The position numbers were made by a program, and so were the translations under genes. From a virus, in the IMG/VR virus record IMGVR_UViG_3300026097_000980, positions 64,001 through 128,000 of that record: DNA of 64,000 nucleotides. The stretch is one strand, 5' to 3'. Below, piece by piece: positions 19,268 through 28,631 of this stretch; position 1 is the stretch's first letter, and each line of letters begins with the position of its first letter. The notes beneath the pieces are model-generated. The model was not told where the DNA came from. It made no database searches and saw only the letters and a program-made list of their open reading frames with translations.

Positions 19268-19596
19268 AGTTCTACTATCTCTACCGCATCGCCGAAACGT
19301 TCTTTGAGTTGATTGTAAATGCCAGCATTGCTCATCCGCAATCCTTGATACTCTTTACGCAGATTATACACGCTTCCGCTGTCGGTTTCGACTGTGATAT
19401 AGTCTTGATCAATGTTGATGTTCATTTCTTTGATACGACTGCTCATACGCCATGAGTCACCATAAAGATAACCACCACTCCATCCTGACAGAATCTTTTG
19501 AAACTGTTCACCTTCGTGATTGACTTCAACAATCACCCAACTGTCTGGTGTAATTCCTTGTTCTGGTTCAAGTTTCATAAAGATCATCATTCCCAT
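19264..19596 (-). CDS. conserved phage hypothetical protein
   Basis: PDSWV...GWSGGYLYGDSWRMSS...SGSVY. Confidence 0.55.
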   Translation of the reverse strand: MGMMIFMKLEPEQGITPDSWVIVEVNHEGEQFQKILSGWSGGYLYGDSWRMSSRIKEMNINIDQDYITVETDSGSVYNLRKEYQGLRMSNAGIYNQLKERFGDAVEIVEL

Positions 19597-19834
19597 TGGT
19601 GATGAAGATCTTCAGTGTGCGATCATCATCTTGGATGTCATGGTCCATGTACTCATTATCTTTGAAGTATCGAACATACTCACGTTTCTCTGGTCCAATC
19701 ACTTCGACGCGAGAAATCTTTGAGAACTTTCTTTCACGTTCTAACTCACCTACTCTCTTGAATAAGAACCACGCATACCCTTGAAGTTGCTCGTGATCCA
19801 TGTTCTTGATAGTTCCTGGCACTTTATCACTCAT
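19568..19834 (-). CDS. hypothetical protein (RVEVI...QDD.RTLKIFI domain)
   Basis: Domain also present in 20294-20926. Confidence 0.55.
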   Translation of the reverse strand: MSDKVPGTIKNMDHEQLQGYAWFLFKRVGELERERKFSKISRVEVIGPEKREYVRYFKDNEYMDHDIQDDDRTLKIFITNGNDDLYET

Positions 19835-20293
19835 GTGTTTTTATCCTCCCTACGCTGTTTGCGAATCACTGCGATTGCTTGTTGAACGGTTTTTTCTGTG
19901 AGTTTACCTTCACCTGCAATCAAACGGATGTCCTGCATATCGATACCGTCTGCTGTTGGGATTTGTGTTTCCAGTTCTTTTGAACGCATTTCACTCACCT
20001 TTCTAACTACTATATGTATAGTATACTGTCAGAGTTTGGCTGTGTCAACTGTTAAGCAAAACTTAATGGTTCAGTTGTTAAGCGCCGCTTAATAAGTGGG
20101 TGCGGAATAGTCTGTGGTTTTAGTGTATTCCGCAAACCCATCAGAACCATAGGCAGGACACACTAAGATTTTCTCAGGTAATCCCACGGCATCCTTGTCA
20201 CCTACTTCACCGCAGATAAAATATCGTCCACTCTGTTCAGGAACACTGTGCATCCAAATGTTTTTGAGTTTTTCAAACAGTTCGTATTCTTCG

Positions 20294-20926
20294 TCAGTTA
20301 TCGTTTTCATCTTCTGGTTCCCAATCCGGTTCCCAATACTCGCATTCGCATACATAACGATCCATGGAGAGACTGGCATTTCGATCGAATCCGTGAGGTG
20401 CGTCAGGATGCGTTTTACAGGGCACTTCTTGTGTATTCTCGATACGATCCAGTTCATGGGTTGCTGTAAGAGTGTCAATAAAGATTTTCAGTGTGCGGTT
20501 GTCGTCCTGTAGGGCATAACGCACTCCCTCTCCATCCTTGAGATATTTTACATACCCGCGGCCAGTCTCGTCGATCACTTCAACTCGATTTACCTTATCG
20601 TAATCAATGCCTTCCAGTTTTGAACTTGCTTTAAACATTTCCATCTTCACAGTCTCCCAGAGTTCATCATGGATAAATTTTTTCTTTGAGCGTAGACGTT
20701 CTTCTTCAACGGCCCTAAACCACTCGTTGATATCGTCTTTCATCTCACCACAAGTGGCAGGGTCTTCTAATGCCGCACTTAACCACTTGCCTATTTTTTC
20801 GTCTGCGATTTCTTTATTGCTGGCATAAGGTAATTCTGATTTTGATTTAATCATTTCTAGTTCCTTGTGCAATCTAGTTTGTGAATATGCTTTTTTGTTT
20901 TGCGTAAGTCTGTGACCAGCCCGCAC
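20294..20926 (-). CDS. hypothetical mosaic protein
   Basis: RVEVI...QDDNRTLKIFI domain; C-terminal CKTHPDAPHGF...CEC. Confidence 0.5.
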   Translation of the reverse strand: MRAGHRLTQNKKAYSQTRLHKELEMIKSKSELPYASNKEIADEKIGKWLSAALEDPATCGEMKDDINEWFRAVEEERLRSKKKFIHDELWETVKMEMFKASSKLEGIDYDKVNRVEVIDETGRGYVKYLKDGEGVRYALQDDNRTLKIFIDTLTATHELDRIENTQEVPCKTHPDAPHGFDRNASLSMDRYVCECEYWEPDWEPEDENDN

Positions 20927-21324
20927 TCATAACACTTATACCAAGTGTCGTCTGCCCAACGAATCTTTGTACCACTGTCTTTTTCATACTGAGCAACGAG
21001 GTCATCAAACTCCCACAGTTCTTCAGTAGGGTATTCTTCCAACCAATCACCAAAGTCGTTCCAATCTTCACCGTGCATTATGGGCAAACTGTATTCATGC
21101 CAACCGTTCCAATACTCGTCACCAGGAACACCACGAATATCAATACGCCCACCTGCATAGTATGTGGTGACTACCTCGTATTCCCACACATCACCTGGAC
21201 CAAGACCTTTGGGATAAATCGTTTTACCTTCTTCGAGAACTTCTCTAACTTTTTTAGTTAGTCCTCGTTCGCGAAACCATTCCATATTAACAGGACCCAT
21301 CATGTTGGTGCTGTATGTAATCAT
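20857..21324 (-). CDS. hypothetical protein
   Basis: ORF; C-terminal CxxC...H...C. Confidence 0.5.
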   Translation of the reverse strand: MITYSTNMMGPVNMEWFRERGLTKKVREVLEEGKTIYPKGLGPGDVWEYEVVTTYYAGGRIDIRGVPGDEYWNGWHEYSLPIMHGEDWNDFGDWLEEYPTEELWEFDDLVAQYEKDSGTKIRWADDTWYKCYECGLVTDLRKTKKHIHKLDCTRN

Positions 21325-21836
21325 TAACTTTTCTTTCTTTTAGGCTTGTTGTTAGCAATCAAGTCGTGTCCTGAAATGTCAGCACTCATACCTGTTTCAC
21401 CTTGCGCGATCTTTTTCAATCTATACTTGTCAAGGGTTCGATCACTTTCAATGAGCGTCCTCACAGCCGCAAGTTCAAGATCACGTTCTTCGTTGCCTGC
21501 TCGGGTCTGCTGGCTAAGCACAATTTCATACATTCTGTATTTGTCTGGTGTGCTTAGACTCTTCAGCATTTCCCTTGCTTCTTTGTCATAATTGCGATCG
21601 TTAGTCGTTCCGAATCTCTGCATCATCCGCCTCCACAGCAGGTTGAGGTGCGTTATATACCACGCCCAGTTTGATTTTTCGTGCTAATGCTTTTGCATAG
21701 CGATCTCGCTTCTTTCCTGATGCTGACTCTAGTTTTGCTGTTAACTGCTTGAGAGTCAGTGGACCTAATCGTTCTTTTCCGCTTCTGGTCATCAGTGGTG
21801 TTCTTTTTCCTGTTTTCTGCATTTTTACCTCTTTTG

Positions 21837-22490
21837 TTAAAATTCAATCCATGTAGCCATTAAGTATTTGACATTGCTTCTGGGCGGATTACCCCTATGC
21901 GTATGTGTATAGTTTCCTGGATAAATTAGAAGAGTTCCTTCTACCGCAGTTTCGGCTTTGTTATGATATAAAAACTCTGTCTCTCCACCATCTTTTACTG
22001 TGTTAAGGTATAGGGTAACATTCATAAACCTATTACACTCTGCTCTACCCGATTGCTCCCAGTGCCATACATGAAATCCTCCGCCGATATCTGTTCTTTG
22101 AATTTGTACTTCGTTAATGTGTTGCGGGTGGAACTGTCTAGTATCTACTAAACTATACCGGTCTGCATACTGATTATAGCATTCCCACACTGTTTCGATG
22201 AACGTTTTCTGTATGGCTGGAACTCCGACTACACCCATTGTATGTACCGAGTTACTGATCAGATCAGATGTATAAAATAGTTGATTATCTTTAATGTGTT
22301 TCGGAACTTTGTCATTTTGTTGCCGAGATTTTCCAAATCCCATTTTATCCATTTGTTCGAAATATTGAATTGCGCTTCTGCAGTAACTAGGACTGAACGC
22401 TCCTTCAAATCTACCGATAAAATTATCAATTTCAACTTTACAATTTTGCAACAGTATCTCCTTACAGCTTCGAATCAATGAACTTCGCAC
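21837..22490 (-). CDS. 2OG-Fe(II) oxygenase (prolyl-hydroxylase-like)
   Basis: GGGFHVWHWE...LYLN...GGETEF...THTHRGNPP..KY. Confidence 0.85.
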   Translation of the reverse strand: MRSSLIRSCKEILLQNCKVEIDNFIGRFEGAFSPSYCRSAIQYFEQMDKMGFGKSRQQNDKVPKHIKDNQLFYTSDLISNSVHTMGVVGVPAIQKTFIETVWECYNQYADRYSLVDTRQFHPQHINEVQIQRTDIGGGFHVWHWEQSGRAECNRFMNVTLYLNTVKDGGETEFLYHNKAETAVEGTLLIYPGNYTHTHRGNPPRSNVKYLMATWIEF

Positions 22491-22532
22491 TAATTAATAG
22501 TAACAAAAGAATATGCCCTTGTCAACCTAAAA

Positions 22533-22608
22533 TGGAGTGAGGGACGAGATTCGAACTCGCGTAAAACAGATTTGCAGTCTGGTGCCTAACCAATTCAGCC
22601 ACCCTCAC
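22533..22608 (-). tRNA. tRNA-Cys(GCA)
   Basis: Cloverleaf, CT-GCA-AA loop, TCCA end. Confidence 0.93.
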
Positions 22609-22612
22609 AAAG

Positions 22613-22688
22613 TGGAGCGGATAGGGAGAATCGAACTCCACTCTCTACGGCTTGGAAGGCCGAGGACACAACCCGTGTGCTTACCCGC
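22613..22688 (-). tRNA. tRNA-Gly(TCC)
   Basis: CT-TCC-AA loop, TCCA end; atypical D-arm. Confidence 0.88.
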
Positions 22689-22739
22689 ATTGTAAAAAAC
22701 CCTTGGCAGAGTCTATGACATCACCCAAAGGCCGTGTTA

Positions 22740-22815
22740 TGGTGCAACCTCCAGGGATCGAACCTGGTTCTTCGGAACTTCAACCCGACGTGAGGACCAC
22801 CTTCACCAAAGTTGC
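22740..22815 (-). tRNA. tRNA-Phe(GAA)
   Basis: TT-GAA-GT loop, ACCA end. Confidence 0.88.
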
Positions 22816-22819
22816 AATA

Positions 22820-22903
22820 TGGTGGAGAGTGTTGGATTCGAACCAACGCGATGTTACTGCCAGATTTACAGTCTAGTGCTTTCGACCACTCAGCCAACTC
22901 TCC
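22820..22903 (-). tRNA. tRNA-Tyr(GTA)
   Basis: CT-GTA-AA loop, long variable region, ACCA end. Confidence 0.93.
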
Positions 22904-22909
22904 TCTTAA

Positions 22910-22983
22910 TGGCACCGGATGAAGGAATCGAACCTCCAGTAAGAGATTTGGAGTCTCCTGTGTTTCCATTACACCAATCCGGC
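22910..22983 (-). tRNA. tRNA-Trp(CCA)
   Basis: CT-CCA-AA loop, GCCA end. Confidence 0.93.
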
Positions 22984-22989
22984 TTTATA

Positions 22990-23065
22990 TGGTCAGGATA
23001 GATGGATTCGAACCACCGTCTCCGCGCCCCAAACGCGGTGCTAAACCAACCTCAGCTATACCCTG
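22990..23065 (-). tRNA. tRNA-Pro(TGG)
   Basis: TT-TGG-GG loop, ACCA end. Confidence 0.93.
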
Positions 23066-23070
23066 TAAAA

Positions 23071-23145
23071 TGGCTCCCGGTGTTGGAATCGAACCAACCA
23101 ATGACGGATTAACAGTCCGCTCCCCCACCTTGGGGGCAACCGGGA
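23071..23145 (-). tRNA. tRNA-Asn(GTT)
   Basis: CT-GTT-AA loop, GCCA end. Confidence 0.9.
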
Positions 23146-23153
23146 ATAAAAAT

Positions 23154-23226
23154 TAGCACGGTAGGACTCGAACCTACACCACCCAAACAAAAACTGCCAG
23201 GCGTTCTACCAGTTAAACTAAATGCC
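23154..23226 (-). pseudogene. degenerate tRNA-like element
   Basis: Good D-arm (TAGTTTAACTGGTAGAAC) and T-arm (GTAGGTTCGAGTCCTAC); weak acceptor and anticodon arms; no CCA. Confidence 0.55.
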
Positions 23227-23240
23227 AATAAACTTATTAG

Positions 23241-23302
23241 AAAACACTTGCTGGCTGGACTCGAACCCACTGTAGACCTCAAAATACTACAACAAGTGCT
23301 TT
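23241..23302 (-). ncRNA. tRNA-like RNA lacking one arm (long closing stem, one hairpin, T-arm)
   Basis: AAAGCACTTGTTG/CAGCAAGTGTTTT stem enclosing a TGTAG/CTACA hairpin and GGGTTCGAGTCC. Confidence 0.4.
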
Positions 23303-23412
23303 ATAATAAGTGCCAGGCTGTCCCTGACTTGACCTATCTCATTACATCCAGGCCGCCGCCCATTTATTTTTTAAAGTGCTTGTCGGATCGCGTTTCCTTT
23401 GCACTATACATT

Positions 23413-23442
23413 AAAAAACCCCGGAGTATTTCTACTTCGGGG
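23413..23442 (-). terminator. intrinsic (attenuator) terminator upstream of the tRNA array
   Basis: CCCCGAAGTA-GAAA-TACTCCGGGG-TTTTTT. Confidence 0.85.
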
Positions 23443-23472
23443 TCCAGTATAATCTTGTTGTGCTACTCTAGA

Positions 23473-23577
23473 CTATACTGAACCTCCATGACGATCATTA
23501 TACCAGCCACAGAACGATCCTGCCACCGTTGGCTGGTTCTTGGGCTTGATAATCATGTACATCGTTTTGTTCATCAT
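23473..23577 (-). CDS. attenuator leader peptide MMNKTMYMIIKPKNQPTVAGSFCGWYNDRHGGSV
   Basis: Hand translation; lies between a promoter and a terminator; its 3' end forms the antiterminator. Confidence 0.75.
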   Translation of the reverse strand: MMNKTMYMIIKPKNQPTVAGSFCGWYNDRHGGSV

Positions 23578-23583
23578 AGTCTT

Positions 23584-23612
23584 ATATTACGACACTTGCT
23601 CTACTGTGTCAA
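23584..23612 (-). promoter_or_regulatory. sigma70-type promoter giving a leaderless leader-peptide/tRNA transcript
   Basis: TTGACA-17nt-TAATAT-6nt-ATG. Confidence 0.75.
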
Positions 23613-23635
23613 CCTCTTTTTACAAATTTATTTAT

Positions 23636-23908
23636 CTATTCTTCGTCCCATGCGTCCATATATCGAACAAACATGTTTTTACCAATTTCATACAGTCCTA
23701 CACCTGTAGCATAATCGCATCCGCTAACATGCAACACCGCCGATCCGTTGGCATCTAAACTACAGGCAACAAATTCAGTCATTTCTCGATTTTCAACTCG
23801 TCGTCTCATTTCATCAAGAGCTTCCAACAAGTCAGCTTGTCGTTCCTCCCAGAATTGTTCTTCTTGATCCTGTTTTTTATCTTTATCGTTAATGCTTACA
23901 ACTTTCAT
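23636..23908 (-). CDS. hypothetical protein
   Basis: ORF in operon. Confidence 0.5.
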   Translation of the reverse strand: MKVVSINDKDKKQDQEEQFWEERQADLLEALDEMRRRVENREMTEFVACSLDANGSAVLHVSGCDYATGVGLYEIGKNMFVRYMDAWDEE

Positions 23909-23911
23909 ATT

Positions 23912-24139
23912 TTATCCTAATATTTTTCCTAATAAACCCGCGGCGGTCATAAAACCGTTCGTTGCAATCAACGGCTTGTCTTTCATTACAACAGCCGCTA
24001 CTAACCAAAACACACCACCGGTGATCTGTATATACCAACCGTATTCGATTCCAGCTGAAAACAATCCAAATCCTAAAATTAACAAGCTGGTTGCAAACCA
24101 TTTGTAGGTTTCGAGCATATTAATTTTTACCTTTATCAT
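23912..24139 (-). CDS. small membrane protein
   Basis: KWFAT...W..AA..MKDKPLIATN hydrophobic helices; similar in layout to 35557-35952. Confidence 0.5.
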   Translation of the reverse strand: MIKVKINMLETYKWFATSLLILGFGLFSAGIEYGWYIQITGGVFWLVAAVVMKDKPLIATNGFMTAAGLLGKILG

Positions 24140-24831
24140 TTTTTCCAGTAAAATTAAAAGGATCTACATGATCCATAATCATGTTGTTTAATGCTTTGAC
24201 ATAGGCATTGTATGTGACTTGCATAAACTCAGTTTGTTTATCCCCCGGAACAAACATTTCTTTTGCTTCTTCCGGAGTCATATCTATTTCGATTTTAATT
24301 TTCATTATTAAACCCTAGTTTGGTGTATTCTTCATCTGTGAAACACGCTTCGCAGGTAATATAACCTTCGTTCCAAGCTCTCATAATAGTTAGAGCAAGA
24401 TCTCCTGGTGTATTAGGATTAATGACGAGAGCGCAACGTTCAACCGAATCGTTTCCTTCTTTGACCTTGTAAAACGGACTGTCTTCTGTGATAGTTTTCA
24501 TCTCTTTAACGCCTCTTCTACTTTACGTGTTTCTTCTTCGACTTCCCATTTTGCTCGACTCCAAGCAATCTGTACACCTGTTACCCCCATAAATGTACCG
24601 AGAACAGTTATAAGTCCTGCGGCTCCTGCCGTATCTTTATCTAACCCGATACCGTGATGCCAAAACATAATACACAGGACGGTTACAGTTATAGAACCAA
24701 AAGCTATTAAGACACCTCCGGCTATTTTTTTAAAAAATCTTCGTTGAATTCGAGTAAACATAAGCTGACCTTATCTTAAATGAATTTATTGTTTAAGTAT
24801 ATGGTCTTTTGTTTAAGATGTCAATACCGAA

Positions 24832-25671
24832 TTAGACTTCGATAATTAACTCTGGATCATATCCTGTTTCTTCTGCAAATGTTTGAGTAATATAACCTCG
24901 AGGATTACACACAATTCTAGTGTCTCCTAACATATAATCAAACGCAAAATGAGTGTGGCCGTGTGTCCATAACTTGATATTGGGATTATCTAAAATGATA
25001 TCGCTAAGGTCGCTGTGATACCCGCCATTGGTTAGCATATCATCTTTATATGTATCGTGAACACTTAAAAAACAAGGAGAATGGTGTGTACACACAACAA
25101 CTGGTCCTTCCACACTCCCTACGGTAGTTTTAATAAAACGTACACTATCCATATGGCGGAGCAAGGTATCTCTAGGTTTAATTCTACGATACCCTTCTTT
25201 GTCGTTGCGAATATTTTTATAATCGTTCAAATAATTTTCAATTGTGTACATAGTGTGCGGATCTTGTTTGTTAAAGTCAGTCCAAAGAGTTGCACCTACA
25301 AACGTTACACCGTCGATCTCTACGCTATCATCCTCCAAGAAATGAATATTATCATATTCTGCTACTTCTTCTCGAATGTAATCCAAACCTTTAAAGAATT
25401 TGCCATGATAAAATTCATGGTTACCCGCAATCAAAATTACATGATCGAATGCTAGACTGGCAGTTTTTAGTAATTCTCTTGCACGTGAAACAGCTTGTTG
25501 CCTGCGACTTAACCCGTCAATAGGCAATTCTGTATCCGTCGCGGCAAAATCATGCAAATCCTCAGCAACGAAGATGTCACCGCCAAGAATCAAAGTGTCA
25601 GCACCCATTTCGTTATGCAGATTATAGTCAGCAAATTCTAAGTGTAAATCTGAAATTGTTGTGATTTTCAT
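24832..25671 (-). CDS. metallophosphoesterase
   Basis: SDLHLE, GD, GNHE, THH, HGHTH, NPRGY. Confidence 0.9.
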   Translation of the reverse strand: MKITTISDLHLEFADYNLHNEMGADTLILGGDIFVAEDLHDFAATDTELPIDGLSRRQQAVSRARELLKTASLAFDHVILIAGNHEFYHGKFFKGLDYIREEVAEYDNIHFLEDDSVEIDGVTFVGATLWTDFNKQDPHTMYTIENYLNDYKNIRNDKEGYRRIKPRDTLLRHMDSVRFIKTTVGSVEGPVVVCTHHSPCFLSVHDTYKDDMLTNGGYHSDLSDIILDNPNIKLWTHGHTHFAFDYMLGDTRIVCNPRGYITQTFAEETGYDPELIIEV

Positions 25672-25925
25672 ACTGTAATTATACTATCTCATTATCAAAA
25701 GTCAAGAATATCATCGATGATATTATTTAAAGCGGGTTGTTAACAAGTGACGAAGTATCACAACGGCTGATAGCACCGCAACCCAGGTTAGGTATATTGT
25801 CAGTCCGCTTCCGCCTGTAATTTCCATAAGTTCTCGTTTATCAAAGAACGATCCTAGAATGCCCAAGCTGATTAACATCAATGCAAATGCTCCCAGCCAA
25901 CATAACGATAAATTCAATAACAGTT

Positions 25926-26492
25926 TCAATCTAGGATACCTTCAATTACCAAACTGGGCTTTTCATCATACTGTTCTCTAAAGTATGGAGGTATTTTAAT
26001 ATCACTTGAGAAATACCAATGACTACCATTGGCGGGATCGCCTACGCTCTTGTTGCTTATTCTACAGATGCAAGGCAGATGAGTCCACCCCATGAGAGGC
26101 ATCATGTAAACTCTGTGATTGCCTGAATCTAAACGGATGGTGCGTTCAATGATGTTTACCCAAATAAGTATAGGATCCTTTACTCCATTAGCGTCTACGT
26201 CCCTGCCCAATTCTACTAGATCTAGAGCATCAGCATATGTGGGTGGCATTGCGGCCCACTGTAGTAATTTTCGTATTGATATTTGTTCTATGATGTCTGG
26301 CATATCTAATCCCAATATTTGTTGTAGTCTATGGTCTTCCAATACCGTTCGTTGTTGCGGTTCCAAAAATTCTTGATCAAATACCAAGCCATACCAAAGT
26401 ATCCCATCTTTTGAAAGCGTCTGCTTTACATCCACGGGTTCCGAGATGAAGATCTGAAATAAAAATGCTCTTGTAATGTGCCATGACAACAT
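25926..26492 (-). CDS. ParB/Srx-like domain protein
   Basis: L..DV..NGVKDPILI...LDSGNHRV. Confidence 0.55.
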   Translation of the reverse strand: MLSWHITRAFLFQIFISEPVDVKQTLSKDGILWYGLVFDQEFLEPQQRTVLEDHRLQQILGLDMPDIIEQISIRKLLQWAAMPPTYADALDLVELGRDVDANGVKDPILIWVNIIERTIRLDSGNHRVYMMPLMGWTHLPCICRISNKSVGDPANGSHWYFSSDIKIPPYFREQYDEKPSLVIEGILD

Positions 26493-26549
26493 ATTTACCG
26501 CTCTGACTAGATTAAAAGATTAAATCAATATTACAGTTTTTAGGAAAAA

Positions 26550-26975
26550 TTATAGGATGGCAAGTATAAAGGCACCAGTTGCGGCTATACAAATCGCAAC
26601 AGCAACAGCCACTATACTCATATCAACTAGGAATTTTTTACGCTGGGCTCTAGCAAGTCTTTTTTTGCGTTCAGCTTCTTCACGAGATTTTTTCATGTCT
26701 GCTTGGAACTGTAGCCAGTCTTGCCACATACCACCGCGACCTTGCCAAATCATTAAATCCTTGAGTTCGTCTTCTTGAGCTTTGAGTTTTTCAGCGGCCA
26801 TGAACGCTTGAAGATCACTTTTGTATCCGTGTTCGTGTGCTCGTTTTTGGATTTCAGTTTTTAGACCAAAGTATTCAGCAACAGCTTCACCTGCTTCGTA
26901 GATTTCTTTGCCGTTCTGAATACTCTGTTTGATGACGTCAAACGCCGCGTTTGCCGCCGCAAGTTCTGCCAACAT
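26550..26975 (-). CDS. conserved phage membrane-anchored protein
   Basis: MLAELAAANAAF...; C-terminal TM segment. Confidence 0.55.
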   Translation of the reverse strand: MLAELAAANAAFDVIKQSIQNGKEIYEAGEAVAEYFGLKTEIQKRAHEHGYKSDLQAFMAAEKLKAQEDELKDLMIWQGRGGMWQDWLQFQADMKKSREEAERKKRLARAQRKKFLVDMSIVAVAVAICIAATGAFILAIL

Positions 26976-27009
26976 AGGTCGCTCCTCCTAGTTGCTATAT
27001 AGTATTTAC

Positions 27010-27630
27010 CTACATATCGTTAAGCGGATTGTCCAGAGCTTCCTGCACCATTTCAGTTAGATCAGTTTCTAATTGGCGCATATCTGCATCAATACGATCT
27101 TCAGTTTCACGCATTGTGGCACGAACATCCTTTTCGCTTTCACGGATAATGGCTTCTACTTCACGGATGCTTGCTGTCACATCTTTTTGCACCTGATTCA
27201 TTTCGTCGCGAACTGTTTCAAGATGTGTTTCAATACCATCCTGTGCATCCTTAACCCTGTCTTCACTCTTCTCAACCTTGTCTTCAAGACGTTCTACCAG
27301 AGCCTCCATCTGCATTACGTCTTCACGAAGTCCGTTTTTGATGTCGCGAGTGTAATCAATGGCATCTGCAAGTTTGGTTTCAATAGCAACATTACGAGCT
27401 TCTACTGCTTCTATGTCCATAGTCTCTAACTTCTCTGCCATTTCCTGAAATGCCTTGTATGATTCAAACGCACCATACAGTGTGCCTAGTAAAGCACCTA
27501 CCAGTGTAAGAGCACCCATTATGCTGGTAGGTGTCACCGTAATGCCAAAGATTTTCATCTTGGTATTTTTAAGATTTTCCATTTCGTTTTCTATATTTTC
27601 GGTGATTTCACCCAAGTCTTTGTCACTCAT
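27010..27630 (-). CDS. membrane-anchored coiled-coil protein
   Basis: Single TM segment then heptad repeats; ends ALDNPL. Confidence 0.6.
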   Translation of the reverse strand: MSDKDLGEITENIENEMENLKNTKMKIFGITVTPTSIMGALTLVGALLGTLYGAFESYKAFQEMAEKLETMDIEAVEARNVAIETKLADAIDYTRDIKNGLREDVMQMEALVERLEDKVEKSEDRVKDAQDGIETHLETVRDEMNQVQKDVTASIREVEAIIRESEKDVRATMRETEDRIDADMRQLETDLTEMVQEALDNPLNDM

Positions 27631-28315
27631 TGTTCGCTCCTAGTGTTGTATAAAGTTGTTTGAGTTCTGTGTAATTTTTTACAGTTGTATTTTTCCTAGC
27701 ATTAGCTACAGTGCTAGGTTTTTTGTTAGAATGTAGGTCAAAATCAAACACTGTTTTAAGATCCTGTTTCGGATTAAATGATAGCCGATCATAATCAACT
27801 ATCCTATCAAATTCGCAAAAATTTTCCACGTAGTTTTTTTGTCTTTTAAGGGTATAATACGCTTCTGCGAATAGTTCGGTACTTACAGTGATCTTTTTAA
27901 CCATACCAAACTCAAATCTTTTTCTGTGCCATTTTCCTGTTTCAGACGCTACAGAATAACTTAACACAATATCAAATAAATTTTGTCTGTCAATGTATAC
28001 TGTATAGAAATTTGCATCTACATAATTTCTGTATTCTCTATCTAAATCTTTGAACTTTTCAAAGTGATTCTCTTTTTGGCTGATATACCAAAAAAGATTC
28101 CCGATATCTTTTATTAGAGCCGAGTTACTGTTTTTTATATTTTTTAATTTGTTAACAAATTTTTTATAGTCTGTATCATATTCTAAGTCAGGGTTTTTGC
28201 CAGTGTGAAACGGCTCACAATAATCAACATTATAATGTTGCATAAACTGTGCAATCTCTAACATATATGTGCTTCCTGATCTAGGAAGACTAATTATTGC
28301 AATTTTATCTATCAT
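27623..28315 (-). CDS. sulfotransferase-like protein (Stf0-like)
   Basis: PRSGSTY PAPS-binding loop; EPF; R.N..D.VLS; NY.EL. Confidence 0.7.
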   Translation of the reverse strand: MIDKIAIISLPRSGSTYMLEIAQFMQHYNVDYCEPFHTGKNPDLEYDTDYKKFVNKLKNIKNSNSALIKDIGNLFWYISQKENHFEKFKDLDREYRNYVDANFYTVYIDRQNLFDIVLSYSVASETGKWHRKRFEFGMVKKITVSTELFAEAYYTLKRQKNYVENFCEFDRIVDYDRLSFNPKQDLKTVFDFDLHSNKKPSTVANARKNTTVKNYTELKQLYTTLGANNE

Positions 28316-28631
28316 TACCTATCCGTGTCTCTGACACTACGTTATCATTCTGTTTGATTTTTATTATTATGGTTTGTTCTAATTCTACTTGTTCTTCGCA
28401 CACTTCTATTTTACATTTCAAATGTTCGTCGTATTGTCTATGTGTAAACTCGCCGATTTCTGCTCCAAAATATGCTAAAAATCCAAACGCTATCGCTTCC
28501 ATGTTCTTTTTGCCATCTCTCTGTCTAATGCTTTTTGAAAGTTTGAACATCTAGGGTTCATTCTTTTAATCTTTAGCTCATTATCCTGCCATTCACTGGT
28601 CCAACATATCACAGGTGAATAACGAGTTCGT

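Noticed and set aside
22652-23758. ORFs in the supplied track overlapping the tRNA array and attenuator
   Set aside because: They overlap tRNA genes or are antisense to the leader, and show no protein motifs.
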